Assembly: GCA_949841225.1 (NCBI GenBank)
Contig: CATKYY010000002.1
Coordinates: 25,357 to 49,356 of the forward strand
Direction: 5' to 3'
Source: an uncultured Acetivibrio sp.
GTDB lineage: Bacteria; Bacillota; Clostridia; Lachnospirales; Lachnospiraceae
Length of the DNA: 24,000 nt
The position numbers and the translations under genes are program-made. Numbering within the stretch: the stretch's first letter is position 1; each line of letters starts with the position of its first letter. This document shows, piece by piece, positions 22,192 to 24,000 of the stretch. The notes beneath the pieces are model-generated. The model was not told the DNA's origin, did not search any database, and saw only the letters and a program-made list of their open reading frames with translations.

Positions 22192-24000
22192 TCAGCACTT
22201 AATAATTAAATCAATGAACTCTTTTGCGCTTTGCGCTTTCATAATATTTGATAAAAGCAGGGTATCATCGCAGATATTTCCAAACCATTCAAAAAAAATC
22301 TTTAATAAATCTCTTTCATCCTCCCGAATAGCCAGAAGTAATACCAACCTGACCTGATAACCCCCCCATTGCACAGGTTTCTTTAAAATAGCAATACCCA
22401 TAGTAGACTTAACCGCCGAATAATTTAACGCATGCGGAATAGCATAACCATAGCTAAAAGAGGTATACGCCATATTTTCCCTTTCAAAGGTAGACTCCTT
22501 AAAGGATTCCTCAACCCGGCCGCCTTCATACATCTTATCACATAAATATTCAATAACATTTTCATAGCTACTGCAATCCAGGTTATAAAAATAATAATCG
22601 TCTAAAATCAGGCCTCTGATGGATTTATCAAATTCCATCCTATAGTGCTTTTTATCAAGTTCTGTAATCGCCTGAAAAATCTTATATTCATCGCTGGTGT
22701 TTACAAACATACTTATGTGGACTGTCGGAATGTTCAATTTATGCGTAAGCGCTATCGTCGTAATAATCAAATCAGGATGAAGCCTTTCTATCACCGGCGC
22801 TTCATAATAGGACAAAACTGTATCAACAACTATTCTTTCACCAAAATGCTCTGCTATCTTATCTTTACAAATATCTGATAAGGTACTGCTGTTTGGCTGA
22901 ATCAAAACAGCATGGTAAAAAGATTTAATATTTAACCTGTCATAAGCCGCCCCAATATGGATAGCTAAAAAACCAATCTCATCTTCCGAAACCGGACTGT
23001 TCACATATTCCTCAATAATAGAGCCAACAAAAACTCCTACCTCAAATACCAGCGGATAATTCTTTTTAATTTCTGCCAAACAAACATTCGAAACGCCAAT
23101 TTTATAATTTATCCTCTCCAGGAGGTTCTGCAAATGCAGGACAATACCGTCTTTAAAAACAATATCGCCGGAAAAATCAATATCATATCTTTGCTTAACC
23201 ATATCTATAATTTTAAGCATTAACTCTTCCGCCTGCAGCGAATGTTCTTCTTTATCAAGAAAAGCGTTCCTTCGCCTGTCAACCAGCAAATTTGCAAATA
23301 AAATAATTTCATTCTCATTTAACTCAAAATGAAGAAAAGATGTTACCTTCTCAAAAAATTCTATTGCAATCTCATATTCCTGCGTTTCCTTAATTTCGCA
23401 GTAATTTTTTTTCGTCTCAATATAGTTGCAGTTCATCATTCTTTGGATAGCTACGCCTACATGTATAATCAGCATCGGAAAAGTTTCTTCACGAACTTTA
23501 TAATTATGCTTTTCAAAAATTTCTTCCAAAAAATTCTTTACTTTAACTAAATCAAAATTGGAAAATAACTGAGCAATCTTATTTACATTAATAAAATTAC
23601 CTCTCGTCTCACTGGCAAGCAAATCCTTATAAACAAACCGCTTGCTCTCCTCTCTACCCTTTAGATAAAGATAATTTCCATTTTTAACCAGCTCGACATC
23701 ATCGTACTTTTCCAACATTTCCATAAGCCTTTTGATGTCGTTTTTAATTGTGGATTCACTAACATAAATATCATACTGCAAATCAAAAATATTCAGCTTC
23801 GGTTTATAAAAAAGCAGCTTTTCAATAATATACTTACATCTCTCTTCTGAAGTATGGGGAATATTTCTCCTAACTTCTAAGTTACTTTTTTCAAAAACCT
23901 CTTGATTAATCCTGTAGCCATAACGAACGCTGGATTCGACAATTCCTTCATATAGCTTTCCCAACTGGTCTATATCGTTGCGAATTGTCCGGTCAGAAAC
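22192..24000 (-). CDS. PRD-domain transcriptional regulator of the LicR/MtlR/ManR class (HTH, HTH, PRD1, PRD2, EIIB-like, EIIA(Mtl/Fru)-like); 5' end off the window
   Basis: The track ORF starts at an internal TTG (23964). The frame stays open to base 24000 and reads VSDRTIRNDIDQLGKLYEG..., a typical HTH_11 helix, so the gene is 5'-truncated by the window. A second HTH is VSESTIKNDIKRLMEML. PRD histidines occur in MLIIHVGVAIQRM and FLAIHIGAAYDR. The C-terminal EIIA type-2 block is YGYAIPHALN...VRLVLLLAI. Confidence 0.8.
   Translation of the reverse strand, partial: VSDRTIRNDIDQLGKLYEGIVESSVRYGYRINQEVFEKSNLEVRRNIPHTSEERCKYIIEKLLFYKPKLNIFDLQYDIYVSESTIKNDIKRLMEMLEKYDDVELVKNGNYLYLKGREESKRFVYKDLLASETRGNFINVNKIAQLFSNFDLVKVKNFLEEIFEKHNYKVREETFPMLIIHVGVAIQRMMNCNYIETKKNYCEIKETQEYEIAIEFFEKVTSFLHFELNENEIILFANLLVDRRRNAFLDKEEHSLQAEELMLKIIDMVKQRYDIDFSGDIVFKDGIVLHLQNLLERINYKIGVSNVCLAEIKKNYPLVFEVGVFVGSIIEEYVNSPVSEDEIGFLAIHIGAAYDRLNIKSFYHAVLIQPNSSTLSDICKDKIAEHFGERIVVDTVLSYYEAPVIERLHPDLIITTIALTHKLNIPTVHISMFVNTSDEYKIFQAITELDKKHYRMEFDKSIRGLILDDYYFYNLDCSSYENVIEYLCDKMYEGGRVEESFKESTFERENMAYTSFSYGYAIPHALNYSAVKSTMGIAILKKPVQWGGYQVRLVLLLAIREDERDLLKIFFEWFGNICDDTLLLSNIMKAQSAKEFIDLIIKC

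Noticed and set aside
1-24000. Mobile elements, a defence island, CRISPR repeats, tRNA/rRNA, prophage or integrase signatures.
   Set aside because: No transposase, integrase or Cas-like ORFs, no arrays of direct repeats, no tRNA-like cloverleaf regions and no abrupt compositional shift were noticed. The gene content is metabolic and regulatory throughout.

Overview
The window looks like chromosome from a low-GC Gram-positive anaerobe, probably Clostridia or Lachnospiraceae; that guess rests only on protein similarity and SD style. I support 22 protein-coding genes, 20 of them on the minus strand. I saw no rRNA, tRNA, CRISPR array, IS element or transposase. There are three blocks. (1) 1-4700 holds a partial class-3 fructose-1,6-bisphosphatase, a six-TM methyl-accepting chemotaxis protein, a small DtxR/MntR-type regulator, a cell-wall amidase and a fructokinase. 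(2) 4727-11887 is a raffinose/melibiose-type alpha-galactoside locus: GH36 alpha-galactosidase, a DUF624/YesL protein, two CUT1 ABC permeases, a lipoprotein binding protein and a divergent AraC regulator. (3) 11942-24000 is a 13-gene minus-strand operon and my candidate for the novel system. It encodes a PRD/EIIA-type regulator, an RDD membrane protein, a ChbABC-like (chitobiose-type) PTS, a stand-alone GrdB-N-terminal-like protein, an intact M42 peptidase paired with a paralogue that has lost all five metal ligands, a cytoplasmic glycosylasparaginase-type Ntn hydrolase, an M20 peptidase, a DUF871/MupG-family putative 6-phospho-glycosidase, CutC and YitT. My inference is a PTS-dependent pathway that imports and dismantles Asn-linked GlcNAc/chitobiose glycopeptides or a related glyco-amino acid. 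A ~43-nt conserved leader also abuts the ATG of four minus-strand genes, three of them in this operon, in an identical register. That points to a shared post-transcriptional element.
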